Positions 19,334 to 29,537 of a stretch of 64,000 nucleotides of DNA are shown one piece after another. The stretch is from Candidatus Latescibacterota bacterium (GTDB lineage Bacteria; Latescibacterota; UBA2968; GCA-2709665), in assembly GCA_965205485.1 (NCBI GenBank), contig OZ242180.1:2784001-2848000 (forward strand), in the 5' to 3' direction. The first letter of the stretch is position 1. Each line of letters starts with the position of its first letter. The notes under the pieces were generated by a model that saw nothing but the letters and a program-made list of their open reading frames with translations, made no database searches and was not told the DNA's origin. Made by a program: the position numbers and the translations under genes.

Positions 19334-19521
19334 AAGCCGTCTTAAAATTCCCAGCGGTCTTCGCACGGCTGCAAAAGCGCCGGTCGGCGTTGGTCAAACC
19401 CACCCAAGAGTGGCGAGGGGCGCGCAGCCACGATACATTGAATATGGGCGGGTTTTCCCGCCTTGACCGCCGCTTTTTCGCTCGTGCTCGGGAACTCACC
19501 GGTAATTTTAAAACGGCTTCT
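19332..19521. mobile_element. MITE-like non-autonomous element, copy A (190 bp, 18-bp TIRs)
   Basis: Ends agaagccgtcttaaaatt and aattttaaaacggcttct (17/18 inverted match). Both arms are near-identical to the reverse complement of 39131-39318. The left end overlaps the S1 gene stop TAG. Confidence 0.85.
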
Positions 19522-19585
19522 TTGAACAGGATCCCGCATCCGATCCGGTCCGACGAGACCGCGGAGAACGGCCAGGGATCCCGAT

Positions 19586-19936
19586 ATGCCACGCTATAAC
19601 ACCGATCCTGAAATCCTCCTCAAGGAAGCGCAATTCCATCCCTTTCGCGGCGGCGGGCCGGGCGGCCAGAACCGTAACAAGGTTGAAAGCGCGGTCAGAC
19701 TCGCACACCTTCCCTCCGGCATCACTGTCGTTGCGTCCGAACATCGCTCTCAGGGGCGGAACAGGGACCTTGCCCTCCAGCGTCTCCGGAAAAAACTCAT
19801 CGGCCTGAACCACACGGCCAGACCTCGAATTCCAACAAGACCCTCACGTGCGTCCAGAGAAAAACGCATGGAACAGAAACGCCGGCAGGCGCGAAAGAAA
19901 GCCCTGCGGCGCATCGTGGACGGGTCTTGCCCGTAG
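19586..19936 (+). CDS. arfB: Stop-codon-independent peptidyl-tRNA hydrolase (ArfB/YaeJ-like RF-1 domain)
   Basis: GGPGGQNRNKVESAVRL, RSQ..NR..A and a basic tail RPRIPTRPSRASREKR. Confidence 0.8.
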   Translation: MPRYNTDPEILLKEAQFHPFRGGGPGGQNRNKVESAVRLAHLPSGITVVASEHRSQGRNRDLALQRLRKKLIGLNHTARPRIPTRPSRASREKRMEQKRRQARKKALRRIVDGSCP

Positions 19937-20121
19937 TCCTCTGCGCGAGGGTCTCGCCATCCCCCGCATCCTGTTCCCCTTCCCGCGGAAAAGGCAGCGG
20001 CGGTTGCGCCAGGCGTCCCGTGGCTCTCCGCCGCCATTTACCTCAAAAATGAATCATATAGAAGGTTCATGCGTCTTACGATACGTGGAAGGAATCGTTT
20101 CCGTGCCTGTATGCGGATGAG

Positions 20122-23100
20122 ATGAATGCCTGTGCCAAACGAATCATCGTCGCTATGAACAATCGATCTTCCCTTATTTCGCGTATTTCCGTCAACAGAC
20201 CTGTGACAATTACGGTGTGCCTGGTGGCCCTGCTCGTAATGGGCGCCGTGGCCTATTCGCGGATCGCGGTGAAAATGATGCCGGCGGGTTTCGATCCGCC
20301 CTTTTTGTGGTTGAGCGTCAGGTATCCCGGTTCGACCGCCACGCCTCAGGAGGTCGAACAGCAGATCACACGCCCCCTGGAGGAGCGCCTGCGGACAATA
20401 AAGGGAATCGAGCAGGTGAGGACGTACACGGACAGCCGGGGCGTCGGCGCCCCCCTCCGGTTTCAGCAGGATGCCGACATGACCCTGGCTTACAACCAGT
20501 TGCGGGATCAATTGGACCGCCTCAAACCGGACCTCCCCGAGGAAGTGCGAGATCGGATATTTGTGTGGAAGTACAACGACGAAGGCTGGAATATCATGTG
20601 GGTCGGCGCGGCCCTCGACTCCTCAATCGTAGACGTGTACCGTTTCCTTGAAACTCATGTCCAGCGACCTCTGGAGCGCATCGACGGCGTGGCCAGGGTG
20701 GAACTCTGGGGTACGGACCCCAAAGAGGTCATGATCGAAATCGACCGGGAGCAACTGATGGCCCGGGGTGTGAACGTCTACGATATGGTCAGAAGTCTGC
20801 AGAACGACAATTTTGCGCTCAAGAGCGGCTATGTGAACGAGGGAACCAAGAAATTCTACGTCCGTTCTCTCGCCCGTTACCGCAGTCTGGAGGAGATTGG
20901 CGATATCCCCGTCGGCTCCCGGCAGGGCGGCGTCAGGTTGCGGGAAGTCGCCGACGTGGTCTACGATATTCCGGCCAGGAGCTGGTATCAGAGAATAGAC
21001 GGTCAGCCGGCTTCTTCCGTGGGGATCAAGGCCGAGTCAGGAGCCGACATCGCCACGGTTTGCGACCGTGTCTCCGAAGCGCTCATCCAGATAGAGAACG
21101 GGCCTGCCCTGGCCGGAAAAGTGCAATTCAACGTGTTCTTCAACCAGGGCGAGCTAATCCGGGGGTCGGTTGCGACTCTGAGGAATACCGGCCTCTGGGG
21201 CGGGTTGTTTGCCGCGCTGATCCTGCTGTTCTTCCTGCGTGTCGTCCGAATGACGGCCATTATTACGCTATCGATTCCGCTATGCGCGATGTTAACCGTC
21301 ACGGTGCTTTATTTTTCCGGGTGGTCCCTGAACCTCATGACTATGATGGGTCTGATGGTAGGCGTGGGGATGGTTGTGGACAATGCGGTCGTGATTCTGG
21401 AGAACATCTACCGCCGGAGGGAGAAGGGCGAGTCGCCGAAGCCGGCGGCCGTCTCGGGCGCGGGTGAAGTCGCCATGGCAATAACCATGGCCACGCTGAC
21501 CACCGTTGTGGTCTTTCTGCCCCTGATGTTGATGACCGGTAACGTGGGGATGACGTTCTATCTTTCCCGGATGGGCGTCCCCGTAATCGTGATGCTGGTG
21601 GGGTCTTTGTTCGTCGCGCTGCTGATCATCCCGCTGGCCTCGGTGCGGTTCGGGGGCGACCGCGTCAAGCCGGATTCGAAGTCCATCGGCTGGGCCCGGA
21701 TACGTTACGGCCGCGTTCTGAAATGGGCGTTGAGCCACCGCCGGGACGCCATATTGATCCTCCTCGCGGTATTCGCAACCATTGCGATTCCGGCCGGCAA
21801 GATGAAACGCTCGGATGCGTCCCGCGGAAACATCAACGATATTGGCATCAATATTCGAACACCCCGCGACTTCACGACATATGAAACCTTTGAATTGATG
21901 AACGAAGTGGAGGAATTCCTGGATTCCAAGCGGGAAGCGTACGGCATCCGAACCATCCGGTCCTGGTTCCGCAAGACCCGCGGGAACTTCCGGATCTATC
22001 TGGATTCGGATCCCAATGAGGCATGGTGGTACGTCGCGTACAAGAACGTGAGATCCGGTCTGGGCGTTCCGGTGGACAATGCGATGGAACGCACGGAGGT
22101 CATCAAGGACCTGAAACAGAACATGCCCAAATACGTGGGGGTGCGCATCGGCGTGGAGAGCCGGGCACGGGGAGGAGGCGACCCTTCAGTTTCCGTCTAC
22201 CTCTACGGTGACGACACCGAGGCGCTCGCGGGCCTCGTAACCGAAGTCGAGCGCCGGCTCAGGGCGATACCTTCGGTGGTGAACGTGGACTCGGACCTGG
22301 AACGTTCCACGGATGAAGCGCAGGTCCTTATCGATCGGGATCGTGCAAGACGCTACGGGATATCTCCGCAGGTGGTGGCGCGGACGCTGGCCTTCACCAT
22401 GCAAGGGGTGAGCCTTCCCCGGTTCCAGTCCGGAGAACGGGAGGTGGATACGCGCCTGTACCTGGAAGAGGCGGACCGGCAGACACTGCATCATCTCAAG
22501 AGTTTCATGTTCAGGTCCGCATCGGGCGACGAGATTCCGCTATCCGAACTGGCCAGCTTCAAGGTAAAGCCGGGGCGCGGGAGAATTCGGCGGGAAGACG
22601 GAAAGACGCGTCTGGAGGTGAAAGCGTTTACGACAAAGGACGATCTCAAGAGTCTATACGCCGAAATCGACCGGGCGATGGACGGTTTCGAAATGCCCAG
22701 GGGATATTCGTGGAACAAGGGAGAACGGTTCGCCCGGTTCCGGGAGTCCGACAACGATACGATTTTCGCGGTGGTGATGGCCGTTACGTGTGTCTTTCTC
22801 CTGATGGGAGTGTTGTTCGAGTCCGTGGTCCTGCCGTTCTCGGTGTTGTTTTCGATACCGTTTTCGTTCCTGGGGGTGTACTGGACGCTCTATCTGACCG
22901 GTACGCCGATGGACATGATGGCCAACATCGGCATGATCGTACTCATCGGCGTCGTCGTAAACAACGCCATCGTGCTGGTGGATATGATCAACCGGATGCG
23001 CCTGGAGGGCATGGGCCGCACCGAGGCGATTCTGGAGGCGGGACACAACCGGTTTCGACCCATTCTGATGACGACGTTCACCACGGTGTTCGGCCTGTTG

Positions 23101-23313
23101 CCAATGGCGTTGGGGAATAGCAATCTGATCGGGATTCCCTATGCCCCGCTGGGACGGACAATGATGGGCGGGCTGCTGGTTTCGACGTTTATGACCCTGC
23201 TGCTTGTGCCCATCTGCTATACGCTGCTGGACGACCTGCGGACGTTTCTGAAAGGCGTCGTTCGAGCCGCGTTCTTTCGCCCCGCCATCGGCGAACAGAC
23301 AGCGGACGACTGA
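20122..23313 (+). CDS. RND-family efflux permease (AcrB/SwrC-like)
   Basis: RPVT, VDNAVVILENI, VVNNAIVLVD, RFRPILMT and a 12-TM pattern; start may be 20155. Confidence 0.92.
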   Translation: MNACAKRIIVAMNNRSSLISRISVNRPVTITVCLVALLVMGAVAYSRIAVKMMPAGFDPPFLWLSVRYPGSTATPQEVEQQITRPLEERLRTIKGIEQVRTYTDSRGVGAPLRFQQDADMTLAYNQLRDQLDRLKPDLPEEVRDRIFVWKYNDEGWNIMWVGAALDSSIVDVYRFLETHVQRPLERIDGVARVELWGTDPKEVMIEIDREQLMARGVNVYDMVRSLQNDNFALKSGYVNEGTKKFYVRSLARYRSLEEIGDIPVGSRQGGVRLREVADVVYDIPARSWYQRIDGQPASSVGIKAESGADIATVCDRVSEALIQIENGPALAGKVQFNVFFNQGELIRGSVATLRNTGLWGGLFAALILLFFLRVVRMTAIITLSIPLCAMLTVTVLYFSGWSLNLMTMMGLMVGVGMVVDNAVVILENIYRRREKGESPKPAAVSGAGEVAMAITMATLTTVVVFLPLMLMTGNVGMTFYLSRMGVPVIVMLVGSLFVALLIIPLASVRFGGDRVKPDSKSIGWARIRYGRVLKWALSHRRDAILILLAVFATIAIPAGKMKRSDASRGNINDIGINIRTPRDFTTYETFELMNEVEEFLDSKREAYGIRTIRSWFRKTRGNFRIYLDSDPNEAWWYVAYKNVRSGLGVPVDNAMERTEVIKDLKQNMPKYVGVRIGVESRARGGGDPSVSVYLYGDDTEALAGLVTEVERRLRAIPSVVNVDSDLERSTDEAQVLIDRDRARRYGISPQVVARTLAFTMQGVSLPRFQSGEREVDTRLYLEEADRQTLHHLKSFMFRSASGDEIPLSELASFKVKPGRGRIRREDGKTRLEVKAFTTKDDLKSLYAEIDRAMDGFEMPRGYSWNKGERFARFRESDNDTIFAVVMAVTCVFLLMGVLFESVVLPFSVLFSIPFSFLGVYWTLYLTGTPMDMMANIGMIVLIGVVVNNAIVLVDMINRMRLEGMGRTEAILEAGHNRFRPILMTTFTTVFGLLPMALGNSNLIGIPYAPLGRTMMGGLLVSTFMTLLLVPICYTLLDDLRTFLKGVVRAAFFRPAIGEQTADD

Positions 23314-23374
23314 TCGTATGGGCGGACCGGCCCGGGCTTCTCCCGTGGCTGGTGTCTGATTATCAGGACACGAG

Positions 23375-23402
23375 GCCGGAGGTGCGAACCTCCGGCGTTT
23401 TT
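23375..23402 (+). terminator. Intrinsic terminator after the RND gene
   Basis: gccggaggt-GCGA-acctccggc followed by gttttt. Confidence 0.75.
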
Positions 23403-23579
23403 CTGTACATGTCATGGATGGGCCGGGGTTGAAGTGGTGGTTATAGTACGTTATATTGTGGCGTTGTCCGTCCGCGCGTTTCGGCGAATTGTGCGTGAGG
23501 AGACCGACGGCATGCGTGGTTCCGGCTGCGCTTCGCACGGCACAATTTCCCGATTTCCTGCCAGATATTTGGAGTTTCC

Positions 23580-24347
23580 GTGAATTTCAGGCCCTGTATC
23601 GATTTGCGTGGCGGGCGCGTGGTGCAAATTGTGGGCGGAACTTTGCGCCGCGGCGCCGCGCCTGTGACGAACTTCGAGACGGGCCGGTCCGCGGCCGACT
23701 ACGCGAAGATTTACAGAGCGGACAATCTGCCGGGCGGTCACGTCGTCATGCTCGGACCGGGCAACGAGTCGGCCGCGCTGTCCGCGTTGTCCGCCTTTCC
23801 CGGCGGGCTCCAGGTGGGTGGGGGCATCCGTCCGGAAAACGCGCGACGATATCTGGATGCCGGCGCCAGCCATGTCATCGTCACCTCGTATGTGTTTCGG
23901 GACGGGTGTGTAGACAACGATCGACTGGACAGGATGGTGCGCACTGTCGGCCGGAAGCGGCTGGTGCTGGACCTGAGCTGCCGGCGTCGAGGCGGCGGGT
24001 ATCTGGTGGTGACCGATCTGTGGCAGCGGTTTACCAGCGTCCGGGTGGACGGACCCACGTTGAACCGGCTCTCGGAATTCTGCGACGGGTTCCTCGTGCA
24101 CGGGGTGGACGTAGAGGGCAAACGGCAGGGGATCGAGGATTCCCTGGTGAAACTGCTGGGCGCCGAGTCGCCGATTGACGTGACGTACGCCGGCGGCGCG
24201 CGGCGGCTTGAAGACCTGGACCGTGTGGAGAGACTGGGAAAGGGGCGCGTGGGACTGACGATTGGCAGTGCGCTGGATATATTCGGCGGCGACGTGCCAT
24301 ATGCGGAAGTCGTGGCCTGGCAGCGGCGGCGCGAACGGCCGGCGTGA
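23580..24347 (+). CDS. hisA: ProFAR isomerase, eukaryotic His6-type
   Basis: FRPCIDL..G.V.QIVGG, GGHVVMLG, LVLDLSCR, HGVDVEG, TYAGG and TIGSALDIFGG. Confidence 0.9.
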   Translation: MNFRPCIDLRGGRVVQIVGGTLRRGAAPVTNFETGRSAADYAKIYRADNLPGGHVVMLGPGNESAALSALSAFPGGLQVGGGIRPENARRYLDAGASHVIVTSYVFRDGCVDNDRLDRMVRTVGRKRLVLDLSCRRRGGGYLVVTDLWQRFTSVRVDGPTLNRLSEFCDGFLVHGVDVEGKRQGIEDSLVKLLGAESPIDVTYAGGARRLEDLDRVERLGKGRVGLTIGSALDIFGGDVPYAEVVAWQRRRERPA

Positions 24348-24412
24348 GTCTGGTGATCAGGTGACCGAACGTTCCTGTCCCTGTCAGCAACTCGAGCGGA
24401 CTGCCTTTTCCG

Positions 24413-25426
24413 GTGGAGAACCCCGTGGCGACGTTCCGGGAGATCGGAGAGTTCGGCTTTATCGAGCGGATTGGCGCAGCCGCATTGCCCCCGGCCGTCG
24501 GTGTGTGCTGCGGGATAGGGGATGACTGCGCCGTGTTGGCGTGCGAAAACGACCGTGTGCGGCTCATCACGTCGGACTTGATGGTGGAAGGCGTTCATTT
24601 CGCGGTCGAGGGTTCCGATCCGGGTTGGTTGGGTCATAAGCTGCTTGCAGTGAGCCTGTCGGATATCGCGGCGATGGGCGGGGAGCCTCGCGAGGCCGTG
24701 GTTTCGTTGGCGATTCCCCCGGATTTTGACGTCGGATTCATGGAACGTGTATATCGGGGATTGCGCAGATTGGCGTCTCGCTTTGGCGTCAACGTCGTTG
24801 GAGGCGACACAACGCGGAGTACGGGGCCGCTGGTCATGAATCTGACGCTCACGGGCGAAATGGATCAGGACCGGGTGTGCTACCGTTCCGGCGCAGCCCC
24901 GGGTGATTTGATCTATGCGTCGGGCACGCTCGGGGATTCCGCGGCAGGCTTGAAACTTGCGCTGGGCCAAGCTGTCGGACTGTCTGAGGAGGACCGTGAG
25001 TTTCTTCTCCGCAGGCACCACAGGCCGGAACCAAGGGTGGCGTTGGGTCGGGCGCTGGCGGCATCGGGTACCGTGACGGCGATGTTGGATCTATCGGACG
25101 GGATGGCTTCGGACCTGCGGCATATCTGCAGGCAAAGCCGGGTTTCCGCGGTGATCGATGGGACGGCAATTCCCGTTTCACCCGCGTTCGGGAGATTTCG
25201 CGAGCATTCGGATGCCTGCACCCGGAACCTGGAGATAACGGGCGGAGAGGACTATGAATTGCTGTTTACGGTGGCGCCCGGGGGGAGAGATGACGTGGAA
25301 GCGCTCGGCGCCAAGCCGGGGATTTCCTGCATCGGGCGGATCGTATCGGGTGACGAGCGTGTATATGTCGAGAACGCGCAGGGACTGAGGTCGGAGCTGG
25401 AAGCGCGCGGTTTCAAGCATTTCTGA
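24413..25426 (+). CDS. thiL: Thiamine-monophosphate kinase
   Basis: GEFGFI, GIGDDCA, SDIAAMGG, GGDT, DLSDG and GGEDYELLF. Confidence 0.94.
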   Translation: MENPVATFREIGEFGFIERIGAAALPPAVGVCCGIGDDCAVLACENDRVRLITSDLMVEGVHFAVEGSDPGWLGHKLLAVSLSDIAAMGGEPREAVVSLAIPPDFDVGFMERVYRGLRRLASRFGVNVVGGDTTRSTGPLVMNLTLTGEMDQDRVCYRSGAAPGDLIYASGTLGDSAAGLKLALGQAVGLSEEDREFLLRRHHRPEPRVALGRALAASGTVTAMLDLSDGMASDLRHICRQSRVSAVIDGTAIPVSPAFGRFREHSDACTRNLEITGGEDYELLFTVAPGGRDDVEALGAKPGISCIGRIVSGDERVYVENAQGLRSELEARGFKHF

Positions 25427-25506
25427 GTCTGACTGTCTCCCTGAATGACTATCGGAACCCGGTCAGTCGATACGCGCCGGGTTGGAAGGAACAGGACTGA
25501 AAAGCC

Positions 25507-27951
25507 ATGTCCCGAGAGCCAGAGACGAATGGGGCCGTCAGCCTGACCGTTCCCGTAACCGGGATGAGTTGCGCGGCCTGCGCCGCCCGCGTTCAGGACG
25601 GATTACGAAAAACCCGGGGTGTAGGCGAAGCGTCCGTCAACTTCGCCACGGGAGATGCCACCGTGCAGTTGAGAGACGGTGTGTCCGGCACGAAGCGGGT
25701 TGTTCGTGAAATCGAGAGTCTCGGCTATGGGATACGTACTGAAGAGACAAGACTTGCCGTGGGCGACATGAGCTGCGCCGCCTGCGTATCCGCAATAGAG
25801 AACGCGATAACGGGGGTACCGGGCGTCGTCGACAGCGAGGTCAACCTCGCGGCCCGTCAGGCCACGGTGCGGCATTTCGCGGTCCCGGATTCCGTTCTGA
25901 CGCGCGCGGTAATCGATGCAGGGTACGGCGCGACAGTAGTGGAACCGGACGCCTCCGCGGAGGAAGGAGAACGGAGGGAGGAACGATCGGAACGCCGTTC
26001 GATTCGATTGCGATTCATCGTCGCCGCGGTGCTGTCAACGTTGATCATGGGTGTGGGTATGCTGCACGAGTCACTGGGAGCGCCGTACTCTCTCCGGCAG
26101 GTCCACCTTCTGCTCTTCCTCCTGGCAACTCCCGTGCAGTTCTGGTGCGGCTGGCGCTTTCTAAGCGGGTTCTGGAGCGGCCTGCGGCGCAGGACCGCTG
26201 ACATGAACAGCCTTATTGCCGTCGGGACGCTGGCGGCCTATGGCTACAGCGTCGCGGGCACTTTTTTTCCCCGGTCCGTTGCTGGGCCCGGAGAGCCCGT
26301 CAGCGTCTATTTCGACACGTCGGCTATGATCATTACCCTCATCCTGCTGGGCCGGCTCCTGGAAATCCGGTCCCGCGGCCGCGCGACCGAAGCCATCCGT
26401 ACGTTGATGGATCTCCGGCCCGAGACCGCGTGTGTCCTTAGAAACGGCGAGGAGACGCTGGTTCCTGTAGAGGACGTCGCCGTCGGCGACCTCATTCGTA
26501 TTCGACCGGGCGACAGAGTCCCTGTAGACGGCGTGGTGCAGGAGGGGCAATCGAGCGTGGACGAGTCCGTGATAACGGGTGAGAGCATGCCCGTTGAAAA
26601 AGTCAGACAAAGCCGGGTTCTCGGGGCAACGCTCAACAAGACCGGGAGTTTCACATTCGCGGCCACACAGGTCGGCGCCGAAACGGTGCATGCCCGGATC
26701 GTTCAATTGGTTCGCCAGGCCCAGGGCTCGCGCGCGCCCGTTCAGCGGATCGCGGACCGGGTTGCCGGGGTCTTTGTGCCTGTCGTTTTCGGCGTCGCGT
26801 TGCTCACGTTCGCCCTGTGGTGGTCCGCCGGTTCCGGATCCGGCGCTTCCAACGCGCTGCTCAATGCCGTTGCGGTCCTCATTATCGCCTGTCCGTGCGC
26901 GCTGGGTCTGGCGACGCCAACGGCCATTCTGGTCGGCACCGGCCGGGCGGCGGAACTGGGTGTCCTCATCAAGGGAGGCTCTGTCCTGGAGACGGCCCAC
27001 CGCCTCGATACGATCGTCCTGGACAAAACCGGCACCATCACTACCGGAAGACCTGCGGTAACCGATCTGGTGACGACAGGTACACGTTCGGAATCGGATC
27101 TGCTCAAATTGGCGGCGTCCGTCGAACAAGGTTCCGAACACCCCCTCGGAGAAGCCATCCGCGACGCGGCGCGGGAACGGAAACAGCCCGTTGAAGAACC
27201 TCTCGAATTTGAAGCCCTGCCCGGGCAGGGCGTGCGCGCAAAAAAGGCCGGCCGCACCATCCTTCTGGGCAACCGGCAGTTGGTGGAAAGCCAGGCCGAA
27301 TTGACCGATGACCTGGATGCGAAGGCGGCGCGTCTGGAAACCGCCGGCAAAACAGTCCTGTTCGTGGCCGTAGACGATCAGGTGGAAGGCCTCATCGGCG
27401 TGGCCGACGTCCTCAAGCCCGATGCCGTTCGCGCCGTCGCCGATCTCAAGTCACTTGACCTGACCGTCATCCTCCTGACGGGAGACAACGCAAGAACCGC
27501 CGTAGCCGTCGCGGAACACGCGGACATTCACCGGGTCATTGCCGGGGTCATGCCCCACGAAAAAGCCGCCCGAATCGAGGAATTGCAGGAAAAGAGACAT
27601 TGTGTGGCCATGGTCGGAGACGGCGTCAACGACGCGCCCGCCCTGGCGACCGCCGACGTCGGCATTGCCGTCGGCACCGGGACGGCCGTGGCGATGGAAA
27701 GCGCGGACATCACCCTCATGTCCGGTAGCCTCACCGGAATAGAGGCCGCGATCCGCCTGTCGGGGCGGACCATGCGCACGATTCGACAGAACCTCTTCTG
27801 GGCGTTTGCCTACAACGTACTGCTGATTCCGGTGGCGGCTCTCGGCCTGCTCAACCCGCTCGGAGGGCCCATGGTGGCGGCTGGCGCGATGGCGCTGAGT
27901 TCCGTCTCCGTGATCTCGAATTCGCTCCGGATCAGAAAATTCATGCGATAG
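25507..27951 (+). CDS. copA: Cu(I)-translocating P1B-1 ATPase with two HMA domains
   Basis: Two MSCAAC motifs, [31 protein letters not shown] and MALSS. Confidence 0.94.
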   Translation: MSREPETNGAVSLTVPVTGMSCAACAARVQDGLRKTRGVGEASVNFATGDATVQLRDGVSGTKRVVREIESLGYGIRTEETRLAVGDMSCAACVSAIENAITGVPGVVDSEVNLAARQATVRHFAVPDSVLTRAVIDAGYGATVVEPDASAEEGERREERSERRSIRLRFIVAAVLSTLIMGVGMLHESLGAPYSLRQVHLLLFLLATPVQFWCGWRFLSGFWSGLRRRTADMNSLIAVGTLAAYGYSVAGTFFPRSVAGPGEPVSVYFDTSAMIITLILLGRLLEIRSRGRATEAIRTLMDLRPETACVLRNGEETLVPVEDVAVGDLIRIRPGDRVPVDGVVQEGQSSVDESVITGESMPVEKVRQSRVLGATLNKTGSFTFAATQVGAETVHARIVQLVRQAQGSRAPVQRIADRVAGVFVPVVFGVALLTFALWWSAGSGSGASNALLNAVAVLIIACPCALGLATPTAILVGTGRAAELGVLIKGGSVLETAHRLDTIVLDKTGTITTGRPAVTDLVTTGTRSESDLLKLAASVEQGSEHPLGEAIRDAARERKQPVEEPLEFEALPGQGVRAKKAGRTILLGNRQLVESQAELTDDLDAKAARLETAGKTVLFVAVDDQVEGLIGVADVLKPDAVRAVADLKSLDLTVILLTGDNARTAVAVAEHADIHRVIAGVMPHEKAARIEELQEKRHCVAMVGDGVNDAPALATADVGIAVGTGTAVAMESADITLMSGSLTGIEAAIRLSGRTMRTIRQNLFWAFAYNVLLIPVAALGLLNPLGGPMVAAGAMALSSVSVISNSLRIRKFMR

Positions 27952-28050
27952 GCGGGAGGCTGGGGTTTTCCAGGCGCGGTCGCCATTTAAGGCCGCCGCG
28001 CTAAGCTAGACTGGCGCAGTTTTGTTCCGTATACGGAATCATCCGAAAAC

Positions 28051-29175
28051 TCACCGATTTTTCTTCGCGTACGCAAGGATGCCGTTAACGATCTTTTTCG
28101 CGTGGTGCTGCCGGTTCTTGTGATACCGGATTCGATAGGCCTCGTTCTCGTGGTGGACGTTGTGAACTTCAACGAGAATTTCGGCGTGGGCCTGATTATT
28201 CCGCAATACCGCCAGGTTCCGCCCCCGGATTTTAGCGGGGAGGTTCGGCTGGTGCAGGACCGAACGCATGACGCGAGCCAAATACCTGGAACGGCTGTCA
28301 ATTCTGCCCCGCCGTTTATGGTAGATTACCAGCGGACCCTTCGGGCGCCCGGGAGTGTTGTCCGCGTGCAGCGAAACAAACAGACTCCTGCCCCTTCGCG
28401 CTCCCTTTACGAAGCGGTTCGTCACCCGGACTCGCTGTGAAATATTGGCGCTTCTGGGCCGCACCTTTTCCGAATTCCTCCGGTTGTACCGCTCATCGTT
28501 GTAGACTTCGTTCTTTTCGTGCACGAATGTCGTTTTGGCCGGCAGGTTGTCGCGGATCAGATGATTGGGGCTGATCACCGTCAATGTCACCTCCGCGCCG
28601 AGCAGCCTGAGTTCTTTGAACATTCGCAACGCAATGTCGTACACGTATTCATCTTCGACCACGTAAACCCGCTGTTTCTTGCCTGCCAGGTTGGACACGA
28701 TGGCGCCCGGGTCGATTCCTCCGTGCCCGGGGTCGAGCACGATCCGCCATCCCTTCAGTGGTTTCCTTCTCTTCCTGGGCGCCTTGGCGAGAATCTCGTT
28801 GTCGAAGGCGCGCAACAGGATCTGGGCGCGTCGATAGTCCAGACCCGGGCTGGTTCGCGCCCTTTCGGAGTAGTTGCGATGCCTTTGCCTGCTCGCTTTC
28901 GGCTTTTGCCAGTAATATGGTCCGTTCGGCGCGTTGTATTTGGTAATACGAGGTGTCAGACGGAGTACCTGACCCGGATAGACGTTGTTGGACCGCAGCT
29001 TGTTGATCCGCTTGATTGCCCTGATGCTGGTCTTGTATTTCCTGGCAATCGACCACAAGGAATCGCCCTTTCGGACCTTGTGGACCAGCGAGAGTCCGGC
29101 GAGGGGACTTGCCAGCAGCAAGACCACGCAGAGCCCGGCGCTCAGAAGTCGCAAGAATCGAAGCTTATCCATCAT
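28051..29175 (-). CDS. N-acetylmuramoyl-L-alanine amidase (Amidase_3) with a LysM domain
   Basis: Signal peptide; HKVRKGDSLWSIARKY LysM; LDPGHGG...E, SLHAD and LVE zinc/catalytic motifs. Confidence 0.88.
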   Translation of the reverse strand: MMDKLRFLRLLSAGLCVVLLLASPLAGLSLVHKVRKGDSLWSIARKYKTSIRAIKRINKLRSNNVYPGQVLRLTPRITKYNAPNGPYYWQKPKASRQRHRNYSERARTSPGLDYRRAQILLRAFDNEILAKAPRKRRKPLKGWRIVLDPGHGGIDPGAIVSNLAGKKQRVYVVEDEYVYDIALRMFKELRLLGAEVTLTVISPNHLIRDNLPAKTTFVHEKNEVYNDERYNRRNSEKVRPRSANISQRVRVTNRFVKGARRGRSLFVSLHADNTPGRPKGPLVIYHKRRGRIDSRSRYLARVMRSVLHQPNLPAKIRGRNLAVLRNNQAHAEILVEVHNVHHENEAYRIRYHKNRQHHAKKIVNGILAYAKKNR

Positions 29176-29244
29176 TGTTGTTATCCGCTGAAGCACGAGT
29201 AGACCCACGGGCGCACCTGCCCGTATCTCGAGAGAGTACTCCAG

Positions 29245-29273
29245 ATTTTACGCCATTTGTCCGAAAAAGACAA
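29245..29273 (-). promoter_or_regulatory. sigma70-type promoter for the amidase
   Basis: Minus strand TTGTCT-N17-TAAAAT. Confidence 0.5.
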
Positions 29274-29427
29274 GTCGGCTATGGCTGTGAACGAGCCTCT
29301 GGAGCCGATACAAGTCGGTTGTTTTCGCCTTGCGTTCGGTGTATTTCACCAATAATTGTTGACAATCATTCATCGAAATGAAATATAAATCGCTAAATAA
29401 CAGTTATTTATATGGTTTTTTGTGATT

Positions 29428-29444
29428 CGGGCACGGTCCTTGCG
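29428..29444 (+). promoter_or_regulatory. sigma54 (-24/-12) promoter upstream of pspA
   Basis: cgGGCACggtccTTGCg equals GGCAC-N5-TTGC with exact spacing, preceded by an AT-rich tract. Confidence 0.8.
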
Positions 29445-29537
29445 TTATGTGGTCGGCAGATCGGCGGATGAGTGTCTGAATCCGGATTTTTTAACCGTGG
29501 CGGGCTACGGACACCCGCAAGAGAAAGGAGTACGACG

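Noticed and set aside
19342..19599. Short ORFs similar to ORFs near 39106-39384
   Set aside because: The similarity comes from translating the repeated non-coding element, and there are no transposase motifs.
29472..29537. Longer pspA start given in the ORF track
   Set aside because: ATG at 29538 has an AAGGAG RBS and matches the usual PspA N-terminus.
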